Assembly: GCA_965645245.1 (NCBI GenBank)
Contig: OZ287074.1
Coordinates: 2,046,001 to 2,110,000, forward strand
Direction of reading: 5' to 3'
DNA length: 64,000 nucleotides
DNA from: Massalongia carnosa
Lineage: Eukaryota
In this document: positions 1-11,656 of the stretch, one piece after another
Layout of the letters: each line of letters opens with the position of its first letter
How positions within the stretch are numbered: the first letter of the stretch is position 1
Notes under the pieces: model-generated
The model's database searches: none
Seen by the model: the letters and a program-made list of their open reading frames with translations, nothing else
What the model was told of the DNA's origin: nothing
Made by a program: the position numbers and the translations under genes

Positions 1-1297
1 GAGCGCTTTAGCATCGGATTCGACCGTTCTTGCTAGTCCTTTCTTCTTCTTGATCGCCTCCCATTGATTGCTGATGCATGCAGCTGCTTTCCAGAATCCG
101 TCGTCATTGCCCTCCACCTCAGTCTGGAACAGGTTACAAGGGACTTTCATTGCCTGGATGGCAACGGCGCTATTCACGTATCTCGTGCGGTCACAGTATT
201 CGGAAATGAGGTGACCATTGCGCAGATCCATAGGCGAGCCGCTATTGTATACGTCTTCCGAACTTGGCTTGATATCGGACATTTCGTAGACCGCTTTCAG
301 CATTGCCGCATGGAGGATGCCAGTGAGCTTTACCCCGTGTTTGCGACCAATGATTAGGAGTTGTGGAAGAAAGCTGGGGTCCTCAAAAGTGTGAGAGACC
401 AAAAGAGTTCCTCGCTGCTCCGGCTTGAGGCCGAGAATATCTGGCCGATAAACAGGAAGTCCAACGTCGGGCTGTACGAAGTCATGAGTCAACTACGCCA
501 CGGCATTTGAATTGAAGTTGCGCGGGTGGTATATATACCTTATGGAACCCCTTCAGTCTCTGTTCAGGCACCAGCGGCATGGGTGTGCTGTCAGCACTCT
601 CTGGCTCGTCTACCTTCTCCAGGAGAACTGCAGCGGGCAGAAGTCTCTGAGTTTCTTCACCCCATACCATCTCATTATCGGGCAAAGGATCCGCTAGACG
701 TTCAAGAAACTCATTCAGAATGACACGAATACCCGACCCGTCATTTAAGGCATGGTGCGTGTGCATGAGGACATCAAACGACTGTAGCTCCGGCTTTACT
801 GTATCATCCGGTCGTACAATGAGGTAAAATAGACAACAATCACCGTCTGGTGTGGGTAGAGGTGACTCTCGGCTCAGGCGTTCCCTCAGCGCAAGCCAGC
901 CCCCATCCTGACAGATGGTGAACACCGTTCTTTCTGCCCATTTCTCCACGCCCTCACTGGATTCGATATTATAAGAAACTTTTTCGCCGTCAGCCACACG
1001 AGCAGCAACTGTAGGGTACTTCCATCGGGTCTGGCAAAATGCATTAATCGCTCGAGTGTGCAAGCGCGAAATGTTGAAGGGCTTCAATTCGGACGAATAA
1101 CATCGACCCTGAAGCGAGATGCTGGCACCCATAAAGGGGCAGTTCTGGCCGTACATGTTTTGATTGAAGATGACAAACATGCGCTCAAGGCTGGTGAATT
1201 TTCGACTCATCGAATGAGAGCCGTCATTTGATTCCGCCCATGAGTACCCGAGTTGGTCTTGATTTTTGCACGAGGGCTCAGACACAGAATGCGGCAT
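1..1297 (-). CDS. Tri3-like / CoA-dependent O-acyltransferase (3' end runs off the window)
   Basis: ORF 482..1297 has the HxxxDG motif (HTHHALNDG). A GT-AG intron at 538..472 restores an open frame to the window edge (PDVGLPVYRP...PMDLRNG...FWKAA). Confidence 0.7.
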
Positions 1298-2027
1298 TGT
1301 GCAAGAGAGTCAGGCTCCGAGAAAAGATAAGCTATAGTGTGTGGGAGGAAGAGAATGGGAGCGAGGAAGAGATTAGGTGCGAGGAAGAGAATAGGTTTGA
1401 GGAAGAGTATCTGTAAGACAATGATTGCAATCTAAACCCGTTAAGATGACTCCTCTGTGGATGTATCTTTCAATGTCTTGTCGCCGATCAACTTTTGCTA
1501 ATCCCCACAACCAGGTCCCACGCCAACGCGTTATTCCTGCCTTAAAGTTTGGTTGATGGTAGAGGTACGGAGCAGAGATTACGGTTACCGATGAATCGTT
1601 TCGGCGCTCATGACAAGCGTTTGTGGTGACGATGACGACTTAAAAGACCCGTGAAATAATCATCCATGATGAGAGACATGTTTAATGCATACTGGTTGCC
1701 TTCGAATCGTATATCCGTGCTGTGTTCTTTAGTTCTTCGGTTTCCGAAGCCATATATGCCTGATTGCCTTGTACACTGTAAGAAGGAATATCAGCCTTGG
1801 CATGCTAAATATAGTTTCATCAGCTCAAATTTGCTAGGTCTCTCTCTCAAATCCTGGAATGACAACGACTGCTGGACAACGAGGCCATGGTATACCAGGT
1901 TTGATTCACGCGGGGCTTTCCTTGTAGCGGCATTAAGTGTTTCGAATAGCAATTGCCCAAGTTCTTTCTCGTAGATGTATGTATTTAGGAAGAAATATCT
2001 TGGCCAAAACTCTGATTAAAAGCATAA

Positions 2028-3152
2028 CTATTGGCTCAATGGGAGAACAGTAAGATCCCAAGCACAACGCTCATACTTGCCCGTGTCAAGTGATTTCATC
2101 TCGTCGTCGGTCAACTCAAAGTCGTAGATATCCGCGTTCTCCTCAATCCGTTCGGGTTTCACACTCTTCGGCAAAGGCGAAAATCCCATCTGCAAACTCC
2201 ACCGCATCAATACCTGCGCCGCCGTCCTTTTCGTTCTCTCCACTATTGGCTTCAGCAAGCGATCATCAAGCCTTTTGGCCCTCGTTAGTGGACAAAAGGC
2301 TTGAACCACTATTTCCCGTTCTCTGCACCAGGAAACAATATCAGGATGTGCAAGCCAGGGTTGCAATTCCCATTGTCCTACAGAAATGATTCCGCCTCTT
2401 CCCGGGCCGCGTTCTAATTCTAAATCCTTGATGTATGCCTCCAGCTCGTCGAGATGGTGTACTCCGTAATTCGAGACGCCTATACTTCGCACCTTGCCAG
2501 CTTCTTGGGCATCAACCAGCGCCCTCCACGCGGCTTTACGCCCATTAGGACCGCCATAGGGAGCATGGATTAGCATTAAATCAATATATTTTAGTCCAGT
2601 GGCTCTAAGCGTCGAGTTGACTTGACTACTCGTGTCATGGTAGGAGAGGGCGTTGGAATAGACTTTGGATGTGAAGAAAAGGGAGGAGCGAGGGATACCA
2701 GAAGAGACCATGGCGCGTGCACAGGATCCTTCATTAAAGTAGCAGGTGGCAGAATCGATCTGTGATTGTGAGCTGGGTATTTTAAGAATCAATGCAACAT
2801 AGCAAGCGGCCTTGCCATGGGGCGAGTGAGCAGCGCAATCAATAGAGAGAAGATGAAACTCGCCAGTTTTTGTGAGGGGGAGGAGGGGAACGTACATGCC
2901 TATAACCTGCATGAAGGGCATGCCTCACGGCAGCTTCAGTTTCATCGGAAGGCCTTCGAATCGCGTTAGAAGCTTTATCTCATCTCTCCCAACACCCATC
3001 GGGTTTCATTTTACGTTTGAAAGACCTTTCACAGATTTCAGCATAGCAATACTTTGTTTGACATTCATCCCAAGACTTACGCCAAATCCCAAAATCGGTA
3101 TGTCGTAACCAGATTTCATGAGCAGCTTTGACTCAATATTCAGACCCACCAT
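2028..3152 (-). CDS. Aldo-keto reductase (intron-containing)
   Basis: N-terminal MVGLNIESKLLMKSGYDIPILGFG followed by a GTAAGT donor; IDSATCY, FFTSK, YIDLMLIHAP, SIGVSNY and PKS motifs of the AKR family. Confidence 0.9.
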
Positions 3153-3745
3153 GGCTATATGAAAATGCCACCTCAACTGTAGAAATATACAGCGAACTTG
3201 CAGTGTAAAATCAAGGTGAACAGACAAGCCCTTGCTTTGCAAAGATGATTTATTGCGTGTGCTCTGTATGATGATTGGCGATGACGGTTCACACGTATCA
3301 TGTCTATGCTTCGGAAACCGTAACTACCCCTCACTACCGGCCACATGCCGAATGTTTACTCTCCAATCTCCGCAAAATCCGAACTTTATGCCTTATAAGG
3401 CTGATAAACCCTGACTCGGTTAGGGCACGATTCAGGCCACAAGACAATCTGATCGGTTCTTGTTACCCGAACCTTCTCCCATCACGTTGACAAGCGCTGC
3501 ATCACGACCATGTAAATGCGCATCATCGTTCATCGTGCCCGTTCAGGAATAGACAATCTTAGGAAGAAGGTACATTGCGTGTGTAAAGAACCCAGCGACC
3601 GTTGGGAAATAACATGGCTAAATGGCGAAGCTAATCCTCTTACAGGTACAAAGTACAAAAAGAAACGCATTCATCAGACTTAAACCATCGCACGTAGGTA
3701 TCCCGAGCGGAGGGAATCTAAAGCCCCTCGTGCAGAGAGAATCCA

Positions 3746-4853
3746 TCAGTAGGCCGCAATGGCCCTTCCGCCTCGGCTCCTCGCCGTGTCCTTTCCACTC
3801 ATGAGGCCTATCGCCTTGCTAGTCCCCCATTCGCTAGCATTGCAGTCGAGCTGCTGTTCTCCCTCCTCCAACGGCGGAATAAGGCTGCCCGGCACATCCA
3901 GTCTCTTCATCGAGACAGCACCTTCGGGCCTGATGGCATAGGCTAAACTGTACCGCTCGTGTTCCGCCTGGGCGCCAGGCGCAAAGAAGACACGATGAAG
4001 GTTGCTTCTCAAAATCCCACCGCTCCACTCTACCATCGCATCGCCGAGGTTGAGGATGGCGCAACCGGGCTCGGGTTTGATGTAACGCCAATTCTCCTCT
4101 TTCGCCTCCAGGCCAGGGGGGAGAATCTGAAGGCCTCCAAGGACGTTGAAGAGGATGGTCAAAGTTCCAAGATCCGTGTGGCCAAGGAATGCTGTTCGAC
4201 GATCTCCCTCGGGCTGCGGTGGATAACGAAGCATCCGTAGCTGGGAGCGGGAGGGACGATCGAGACGTTGCAGAGACGCTAGAGTCCCCTTAGGAAGGTG
4301 CAGGTGCCCGTCCAATTGGTTCATAATCAACATCCCAAGCTGGTATGCGTCCTCGAGGTAGGACTTGATACTTTCGCGGTTCCGCTCGATGGGCTCAGGT
4401 TTTGGACATGACGGGACATTGCCAAGAATCTCATCGTTGTTCACACCGTAGCATTCAAAGCGATCTGGAAGCCCATCCTCCGTCTTGGTCTTGCCGATGC
4501 GGCTGTACCTATCGGTGGTTTAGAAACATCCAAAAATGCAGACCCATAGATACCTACCCAAAGATTCGCTGGGGCGACGCCTCATATTTCATTTTCTCCT
4601 CCACATCCAACCCGATGGTCACTTCGCGAGTGACCTCGAACATTTTCTCTGCTTCCTCCAACAACGCTTCCCCTTCGGCGCAGCCTTGCAAATCAAGGAG
4701 GGCGAAGCCATGCGATCGGAAGCCTTCAAAAAGTTCACGAGACTGTTCCGGATCGTTGGAAATCAGCTTGCTTAGAGAAAAACGTGGGAGCTCATAAATG
4801 GGGATATCGTCTGGAAAAGGGGGCACGGCCTCGAATGCTTTTGCGGTGGGCAT
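3746..4853 (-). CDS. 2-oxoglutarate/Fe(II)-dependent dioxygenase (DIOX_N + 2OG-FeII_Oxy)
   Basis: ORFs 4554..4853 and 3746..4444 are joined via introns; HTD...H (HTDLGTLT, NLHRV) and RxS (RYSL) motifs. Confidence 0.9.
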
Positions 4854-5328
4854 GATTGATTTACTACTGACGATGAGGGAAAGGCTTCTTAGTCGATATG
4901 AACAATACTTGAAGGGTTTTTATGAATGAAAAGAACTGTATGGTGATCATTAAGATGACTTCTTCGAGTTAAATATGTAACCGATAAATTTAGAAGGTTG
5001 AGTACCTATGTAAATCTGGATTCCTGTCGGCTACCGATCTCACGACACGGTAACCGAATTCTGAGGCTGTACGAGTACAGAGCAACAATAGGCCATATGC
5101 TTACATGTCTTGCCTTAGTGACGTGCGTGGGATCTAGGCCGTCTAAGCCCCTCCGGGTTAGCATATTTCGCTAAGCTCCTTCGGATTAGCGTCCCAGCTG
5201 GCTAACGTGGCTGCGATAGCACGTCTGAGCGCAAAACTCAATATTACGGTCAGATATTCGTAATAAATCGTGTATTATTGCGATTTTTCGACATTTTGAC
5301 GTCTTGCTTTTTCGTTTGACACGGGCTA

Positions 5329-5776
5329 TGTCATGAAATCGAACCAACCCGATCCAGAATCAATCCCGCAGATGAATCTGACTAAGCTCCCGTTCCTCTA
5401 TTCAGCTTAGTCAGAATCTCATTAACTAAATCGAGTTTAGACCCCTCTCAACGGCTTCAGGTCAAAGCTGTACCATCACCATCAAAGCGTACCAACGACA
5501 GGAGAACCTCATCTCCACCTTTTATCGTCAAACACCTCGTCAAACCTTCGTGCCGTACGTCTCCTAATAGGGGGAGATGAACACTGATCGAATCTTCATG
5601 CAAAGGGGTTCGAGACAAATATAAAAGGAAGGACAAGTTAATTAGATAGTTGACTCCTTGTCCGACGTCTTGTATAGCAATCCATCACCTAGCTCTAGCC
5701 TTATTAATAAAGACATCTTGATCACCCAATCCAATTCCTAGGAACATTAGTTCAATCCCCTGCCCAGTCCTTGACA
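5329..5776 (+). repeat. 5' LTR of Gypsy 1 (448 bp)
   Basis: Repeated at 11460-11656 plus 12553-12800 with about 3 differences; TATAAAA at 5620. Confidence 0.95.
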
Positions 5777-5846
5777 TTACGTCGGACCTACATCGAAAGG
5801 TGCCTTTCATAGCACTAGCCCCTGTCCCCCCTCATATTCCACCATC

Positions 5847-7040
5847 ATGTCTTCGTCTTCAGAAGAGATGACCGTCCCCCAAAATCCTCTCATCGACGAG
5901 AACGTGAAGTTGTTTCAAAACCAGTTCCAAACCAATCCTGAAGCATTCGTCGCGGAAATACGACGACTTCAAGACGAGGTGGCCCGGTTGCAGGCCGCCC
6001 CAGCTCCCGACCCCCCTATACCCACTCCAGCATCAACCTCGTCTCCCTCGTCCGTTCCGGCAATGGACCCTCAGATAGCTGCCCTCCTGCAGCTCCTTTT
6101 GACCCGGAATTCCGAGTCCAAAACCGATCTTCGTTCCGAAAAACTTCCCGACATCTCCGAGTACGATGGAGATGAAGCCAAGTTGGACTCCTGGGAACAG
6201 AGCCTGATTCAACGGATGCACGTTAATCATGATCGATACTCCACCGATGCCTCCAAGATTGCATACGCGGAGAATCGGCTCACCATCGGGAAACGAGCTC
6301 ACAACCTTATGAATGCGTATCGAGTGGATGGCATTTGTAGACTCACCACCTTCTCCGAATGGCGTTCTGCTCTTCGCCTAGCCTGCGGCAACCCCTTCGA
6401 ACAAGAGGATGCCCGTAAGTACCTTCGAGAAACCCTCAAGCAGGGCTCTCTGAGTTTCGAAGAGTACAACACTCTCTTCTCTCAGAAAAAAGACCGATCC
6501 AGAATGGAAGACGCTTCGTTGATTGATGCCATGAAGGCAAACATCAACTACTCCGTTCAAACCGCGGCCGTCCACTACCGAGTCCCCGGCACCAATCTGG
6601 AGCCAATCACCTTCGACGAGCACGTCGCAATGTGGTTAAGCACGGACCGGAAAATCCGTCAGATCCGTCATCTGGCACCCAAGGCCACGACTCCGGCCAC
6701 ATCAGCTCCCGCCAATCGAAGAAACGGCAACAACCTTCCTGCTGCCCCTTTCCCCCGCACTGTCGTCACGGGCACGGTCACCCCATTGATCCCAACCCCC
6801 GCCTTCCCCCCAGCTGGAGACCCCATGGACCTAAGTCAGGCCATGGCGGCTGTCAAAGGTCAGTCGTTGAAAACCGAGGGAGTAAGGAAGATCTGCGAGA
6901 ATTGGAACCTGTGCTTCTATTGCAAATTGCAACACCTCGGGTCGGCCTCCGACTGTCCAAATAAGCCTACCAAACGCCTTCGCAACATGGAAGTCGTCTC
7001 GACCCTCACTCCCGAGACTGACGACTCGGGAAACGTCTAG
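5847..7040 (+). CDS. gag: Gag of Gypsy 1
   Basis: 397-aa ORF with GDPMDL and a CFYC..H..C knuckle; homologous to 13577..14719. Confidence 0.93.
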   Translation: MSSSSEEMTVPQNPLIDENVKLFQNQFQTNPEAFVAEIRRLQDEVARLQAAPAPDPPIPTPASTSSPSSVPAMDPQIAALLQLLLTRNSESKTDLRSEKLPDISEYDGDEAKLDSWEQSLIQRMHVNHDRYSTDASKIAYAENRLTIGKRAHNLMNAYRVDGICRLTTFSEWRSALRLACGNPFEQEDARKYLRETLKQGSLSFEEYNTLFSQKKDRSRMEDASLIDAMKANINYSVQTAAVHYRVPGTNLEPITFDEHVAMWLSTDRKIRQIRHLAPKATTPATSAPANRRNGNNLPAAPFPRTVVTGTVTPLIPTPAFPPAGDPMDLSQAMAAVKGQSLKTEGVRKICENWNLCFYCKLQHLGSASDCPNKPTKRLRNMEVVSTLTPETDDSGNV

Positions 7041-10000
7041 ACTCTGCGCATCGTCGCGCGCAGAGCCCTATTTTAATTTCTTCTTGTCTGTTAGCCAACT
7101 CGTTTTCTCCCCCCCTTCAATCAAACACTCGTTTTTCCGCAGCCTCCGCTTTGGAGCTGTTTGAAACCGAAGAAGCGTTTCGAGATAGCCACCTAGTGGT
7201 ATCATGTATCTTACGTATAGGTAGATCTCGAATTCAAGCTCTCAATCTGATTGATTGCGGTGCATCTGGCTATGCATTCATTGACAAGAAGTTTGCGCAA
7301 ACTCACCAAATCCCCCTTCATCCCCTCAAATACGCCCGACGCCTTGAAGGCTTCGACGGTCAGCCGGCTCTGACTGGAAATATCACTCATGTGGCCGAGG
7401 TAATCATGGACTTAAACGGACATGTAGAAAGATTATTCCTTTTCGTAACAGGACTGAAAACCTACCCCATCGTCCTGGGACACCCGTGGTTGCGACGACA
7501 TCAAGCTCTCGCTGATTTCGAGTCCAACTCTCTCTCCCTGTCTTCCTCTTTCTGCCTGGCTCATTGTAGCCCTCATCCAGTCAAGGTGAAGGCCTACACG
7601 GGCGAGAAATTCCTATCTCCTGCGGAAAGTCAGGAAGTATGGGAATCGGAAAACTACTCGTCCAATAGTCAAATCCTGTCCGAAAAACCTGTCCTGTCCG
7701 ATAAAACCACGCCGCGCGATAGTAAGACAACTTCTCTCGAAAATCAGGACATCAGTCGTATCGAAAAAGCGATTGAACAGGGCGACTCACCGAAAATCCG
7801 ATATCGAAGTCCCTCTTCGTATCGCACCTCCACTCAGCGACATGCTGCCCAGCAGAATCGCAATCCTCCTGTTTTGGACGTCTGTGAAATCGGCGCCCTC
7901 AACTTCAACTATCTCGGACGAAAAAAGAGTCACGAGATGTTTGCTCTCTCCTTGAAAGAAATCGATCACTTTCTCGGCCTGACTCAACCTGAACCTAAGC
8001 CTGAACCCAAACCCGAATCTCGCCTTCGTCAAGAGACTGACTGGGCACACTCGAAACCAACCTACCAACCCAACCCCCGGTCCAGCCCTAGTGAAAAGAA
8101 ATATCACTTAGCCCTGTTCCGTATGAACCAGGCTCTGACACAGTTATGTTCAGTGAACGAACCCGAACCTCAACCCTTGACACTGCAATCATCAGTGACC
8201 GCCGAAGAACTGAACGCTTATCGTGAGCGAAAGAACGTCGACCCAGCCCCCCTTCTACCCAAACAGTATCACGACTTTCTGGATGTCTTCTCCAAAAAAG
8301 AAGCGGACGTCCTGCCCGAACACCGACCCTACGACCATGCCATAAAGCTAAAAGAAGGCTCTCCAATCCCGAATCAAGCTCTTTATGGCATGAGTCGAAC
8401 CGAAATCGAAGAACTCCGACGCTACCTTGATGAGAACCTGTCGAAAGGCTTCATCCGAGCTAGTAAATCCCCCGCTGCCTCCCCAGTCATGTTCGTAAAG
8501 AAGCCAGGAGGAGGACTTCGCTTCTGTGTCGACTATCGAGGCCTCAATGCCATCACGATTAAGAATCGGTATCCGCTTCCCCTGATCACCGAAACCCTGA
8601 ATCGCCTGAGTCGGGCTAAGATATTCACCAAGCTGGACATTATTTCAGCGTTCAATCGGCTCCGCATCAAGGAAGGAGATGAAGAACTCACCGCATTCAG
8701 AACCCGTTTTGGCCTCTTCGAATCCCTGGTCCTACCATTCGGCCTCTGTAACGGCCCCGCCTCCTTTCAACACTTCATCAATGATACTCTTCGAGAGTAT
8801 CTCGACGACTTTTGCACGGCCTATCTAGATGACATTCTCATCTACAGCGAAATTGAAGGCGAGCATGAAATCCACGTCAAACGTATCCTCATCAAGCTGA
8901 GAGAAGCCGGGCTGCAAGTAGACATCACCAAATGCAAATTTCATGTCACAGAAGTTGCCTATCTCGGACTAATCGTAACCACCGAGGGAATCAAAATGGA
9001 CCCCGCTAAAATCGAAACAGTAACTCATTGGCCAATACCGATCAATATGAAAGATGTACAAAGCTTTCTGGGATTTGCTAACTTCTATAGACGATTCGTA
9101 TACGGCTTTAGTAAGATAGCCGGCCCACTGACGAATCTAACCAAAAAGGAGGTCAGCTTTCAATGGACTGACAAATGTCAACAGGCATTCGAAACTCTAA
9201 AAAAAGCTTTCACCTCGGAACTAATACTGATGCATTTCGATCCCGATCGTCCTATCATCGTGGAAACCGATGCTTCGGACTACGTCTCTGGTGGTATCCT
9301 TTCTCAGTATGACAACGAGAACGTGCTTCGCCCCATCGCATACTTCTCCAAGAAACACAACCCGGCCGAATGCAATTATGAGATCTATGACAAGGAACTC
9401 ATGGCCATCGTCCGATGCTTCGAAGAATGGAGACCGGAATTGGAAGGTTCTGCTCACCCCATCAGCGTTATCTCAGATCATAAGAATTTGGAATACTTCG
9501 CTTCAACCAAACAACTCAGTCGTCGTCAAGCTCGCTGGTCCGAATTCTTATCCCGATTTGACTTTAAAATAGTCTATCGACCCGGAAAAGCTGGTGGAAA
9601 ACCAGATGCACTGACTCGTCGCTCAGGAGACCTCCCTAAAGAGGGGGATGAAACTGATGAAAGACATAAACATCAGCATCAAACCATCCTGAAAACTCAT
9701 AACCTGGACGACGAAGTGGCGAAATGTTTCTTATCCACGATTATCCTAGCCCCCGCGTTCATCGAACAGGATCCCGAGTCCGTTGAACATGATCACGAGT
9801 TCATTGAACCTGAACCACAGCTGGATCAGCCTGCCGACCAAACCAATCCTGGCCAAGACCCGACCGACGTCCCAACTCAGCTGTTATGGGAACAAGCTCT
9901 GGAACAGGATCAATTCTCTCTGAAAGTTCTAGACATGCTTCGCAATAATGTCAGATATCATAACGGCATTCAGCTAGCCGAATGTGAAGATAAAGAAGGG

Positions 10001-11419
10001 ATTCTTTATTTTCGAAACCGTCGATACGTACCCAATTCGGATCGGCTCCGTCTCCGTCTCATTCAACAGGCACACGACAGCGTAGCAGGTGGCCATCCCG
10101 GTCGTTCCAAATGCTACGAACTAATGAATCGATCATACTGGTGGCCCAGTATGCATCAAACCGTCAAACGATTCATTCGTAACTGTCACACCTGTAGACG
10201 ATCCAAACCATCCCGCCAACGATACCAAGGATGGCTACGCCCTCTGTCCCCACCCGAACGTCGATGGCGTAACGTTTCCATGGACTACGTAGGTCCGCTG
10301 CCTCCGAGCACCTTCATGGGTATAACCTATCGTTATATCCTCGTCTTCATCGATCGCCTTTCCAAGATGCGACATTTCGTCCCCACCACCTCCATGGAGG
10401 TAGAAGAGGCTGCTAACTCCTTCTACCAAAATGTATGGAAATTACACGGTCTCCCAGACGCCTTGATTTCGGATCGAGGCACCCAATTCACCTCCGATTT
10501 CTGGGACATCATGTGTAAACGGCTTAGAATTGATGCTAGGCTATCAACCAGTTTTCATCCCGAGACAGATGGCCAAACCGAGAGGGCTAATGCAACCATG
10601 GAACACTATCTTCGGGCATACGTCAATTACATGCAAGATGACTGGGCCCAGTACTTACCCGGTGCCGAATTCTCCAGCAATAACACCGACTCCTCCAGCA
10701 TTCTCGCCTCTCCCTTCCTGGCTAATTATGGACAACACCCCAGGGTAGGATTCGAACCTGAAGAGCCCCTTCCGCAAGACCTGACCGCTCAGGGAATCGC
10801 TAACCTGATCGCCGCCAATCGATTCGTAGACAAGATGCGAGACGTAGACACTCACCTACGAGAAGAGATGTTGATCGCGCAGGCCTCATACGAATCTTCC
10901 GCCAATGAGAACCGCCGTCCCTGTCCTCGTTATCTTGTAGGAGACATGGTATGGCTGAACACCCGAAATATCCAGACAGCCCGTCCGGCAGCCAAACTGG
11001 ACGATCGAAATGTCGGTCCTTACCGAGTCTGTAAGGTGTTCGCCAACCCTCTTGTTGTTCAACTGGAACTCCCCGACACGGTTAAAATTCATCCGGTCTT
11101 TCATGTAAATCTGCTACAACACGACGCAGACGACCCCCTCCCAGGACAAATTCCGGAGCTTCGCGACCCAATAATAGCCGAAGATGGACAGCGAGAATGG
11201 TATGTCAACAGCATTCTGAACTCGAAACTGGACAGACGTTATCAACCTCCGCTTCTCAAGTATTTCGTCAACTGGGAAGGACATACCCCCACCTGGGAGC
11301 CATTTCACCTACTAACCAACTGTCAACAAGCTCTGGACGAATTCCACGAAGCCTATCCTGGTGCATCCGGCCCACATCTCACCCCCTGTTCCATTCCTCG
11401 ATGTCGCTGTCATGAATAA
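7028..11419 (+). CDS. pol: Pol of Gypsy 1 (PR-RT-RH-IN-chromodomain), entered by -1 frameshift
   Basis: LIDCGAS protease, YLDD RT, TDAS RNase H, HHCC/DDE integrase, GPY motif, chromodomain (EWYVNSIL...KYFVNWEG..PTWEP). The -1 frame is open from the slippery site GGGAAAC at 7028. Confidence 0.95.
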   Translation, partial: GKRLDSAHRRAQSPILISSCLLANSFSPPLQSNTRFSAASALELFETEEAFRDSHLVVSCILRIGRSRIQALNLIDCGASGYAFIDKKFAQTHQIPLHPLKYARRLEGFDGQPALTGNITHVAEVIMDLNGHVERLFLFVTGLKTYPIVLGHPWLRRHQALADFESNSLSLSSSFCLAHCSPHPVKVKAYTGEKFLSPAESQEVWESENYSSNSQILSEKPVLSDKTTPRDSKTTSLENQDISRIEKAIEQGDSPKIRYRSPSSYRTSTQRHAAQQNRNPPVLDVCEIGALNFNYLGRKKSHEMFALSLKEIDHFLGLTQPEPKPEPKPESRLRQETDWAHSKPTYQPNPRSSPSEKKYHLALFRMNQALTQLCSVNEPEPQPLTLQSSVTAEELNAYRERKNVDPAPLLPKQYHDFLDVFSKKEADVLPEHRPYDHAIKLKEGSPIPNQALYGMSRTEIEELRRYLDENLSKGFIRASKSPAASPVMFVKKPGGGLRFCVDYRGLNAITIKNRYPLPLITETLNRLSRAKIFTKLDIISAFNRLRIKEGDEELTAFRTRFGLFESLVLPFGLCNGPASFQHFINDTLREYLDDFCTAYLDDILIYSEIEGEHEIHVKRILIKLREAGLQVDITKCKFHVTEVAYLGLIVTTEGIKMDPAKIETVTHWPIPINMKDVQSFLGFANFYRRFVYGFSKIAGPLTNLTKKEVSFQWTDKCQQAFETLKKAFTSELILMHFDPDRPIIVETDASDYVSGGILSQYDNENVLRPIAYFSKKHNPAECNYEIYDKELMAIVRCFEEWRPELEGSAHPISVISDHKNLEYFASTKQLSRRQARWSEFLSRFDFKIVYRPGKAGGKPDALTRRSGDLPKEGDETDERHKHQHQTILKTHNLDDEVAKCFLSTIILAPAFIEQDPESVEHDHEFIEPEPQLDQPADQTNPGQDPTDVPTQLLWEQALEQDQFSLKVLDMLRNNVRYHNGIQLAECEDKEGILYFRNRRYVPNSDRLRLRLIQQAHDSVAGGHPGRSKCYELMNRSYWWPSMHQTVKRFIRNCHTCRRSKPSRQRYQGWLRPLSPPERRWRNVSMDYVGPLPPSTFMGITYRYILVFIDRLSKMRHFVPTTSMEVEEAANSFYQNVWKLHGLPDALISDRGTQFTSDFWDIMCKRLRIDARLSTSFHPETDGQTERANATMEHYLRAYVNYMQDDWAQYLPGAEFSSNNTDSSSILASPFLANYGQHPRVGFEPEEPLPQDLTAQGIANLIAANRFVDKMRDVDTHLREEMLIAQASYESSANENRRPCPRYLVGDMVWLNTRNIQTARPAAKLDDRNVGPYRVCKVFANPLVVQLELPDTVKIHPVFHVNLLQHDADDPLPGQIPELRDPIIAEDGQREWYVNSILNSKLDRRYQPPLLKYFVNWEGHTPTWEPFHLLTNCQQALDEFHEAYPGASGPHLTPCSIPRCRCHE

Positions 11420-11656
11420 AACTGCTTCGCAGGAGCTCAGCTCTTGAAAGGGGAGCTACTGTCATGAAATCGAACCAACCCGATCCAGAATCAATCCCGC
11501 AGATGAATCTGACTAAGCTCCCGTTCCTCTATTCAGCTTAGTCAGAATCTCATTAACTAAATCGAGTTTAGACCCCTCTCAACGGCTTCAGGTCAAAGCT
11601 GTACCATCACCATCAAAGCGTACCAACGACAGGAGAACCTCATCTCCATTTATCGT

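Noticed and set aside
5140..5192. Two small hairpins CTAAGC..TTAG upstream of the dioxygenase
   Set aside because: Short and imperfect; not distinguishable from chance without comparative data.
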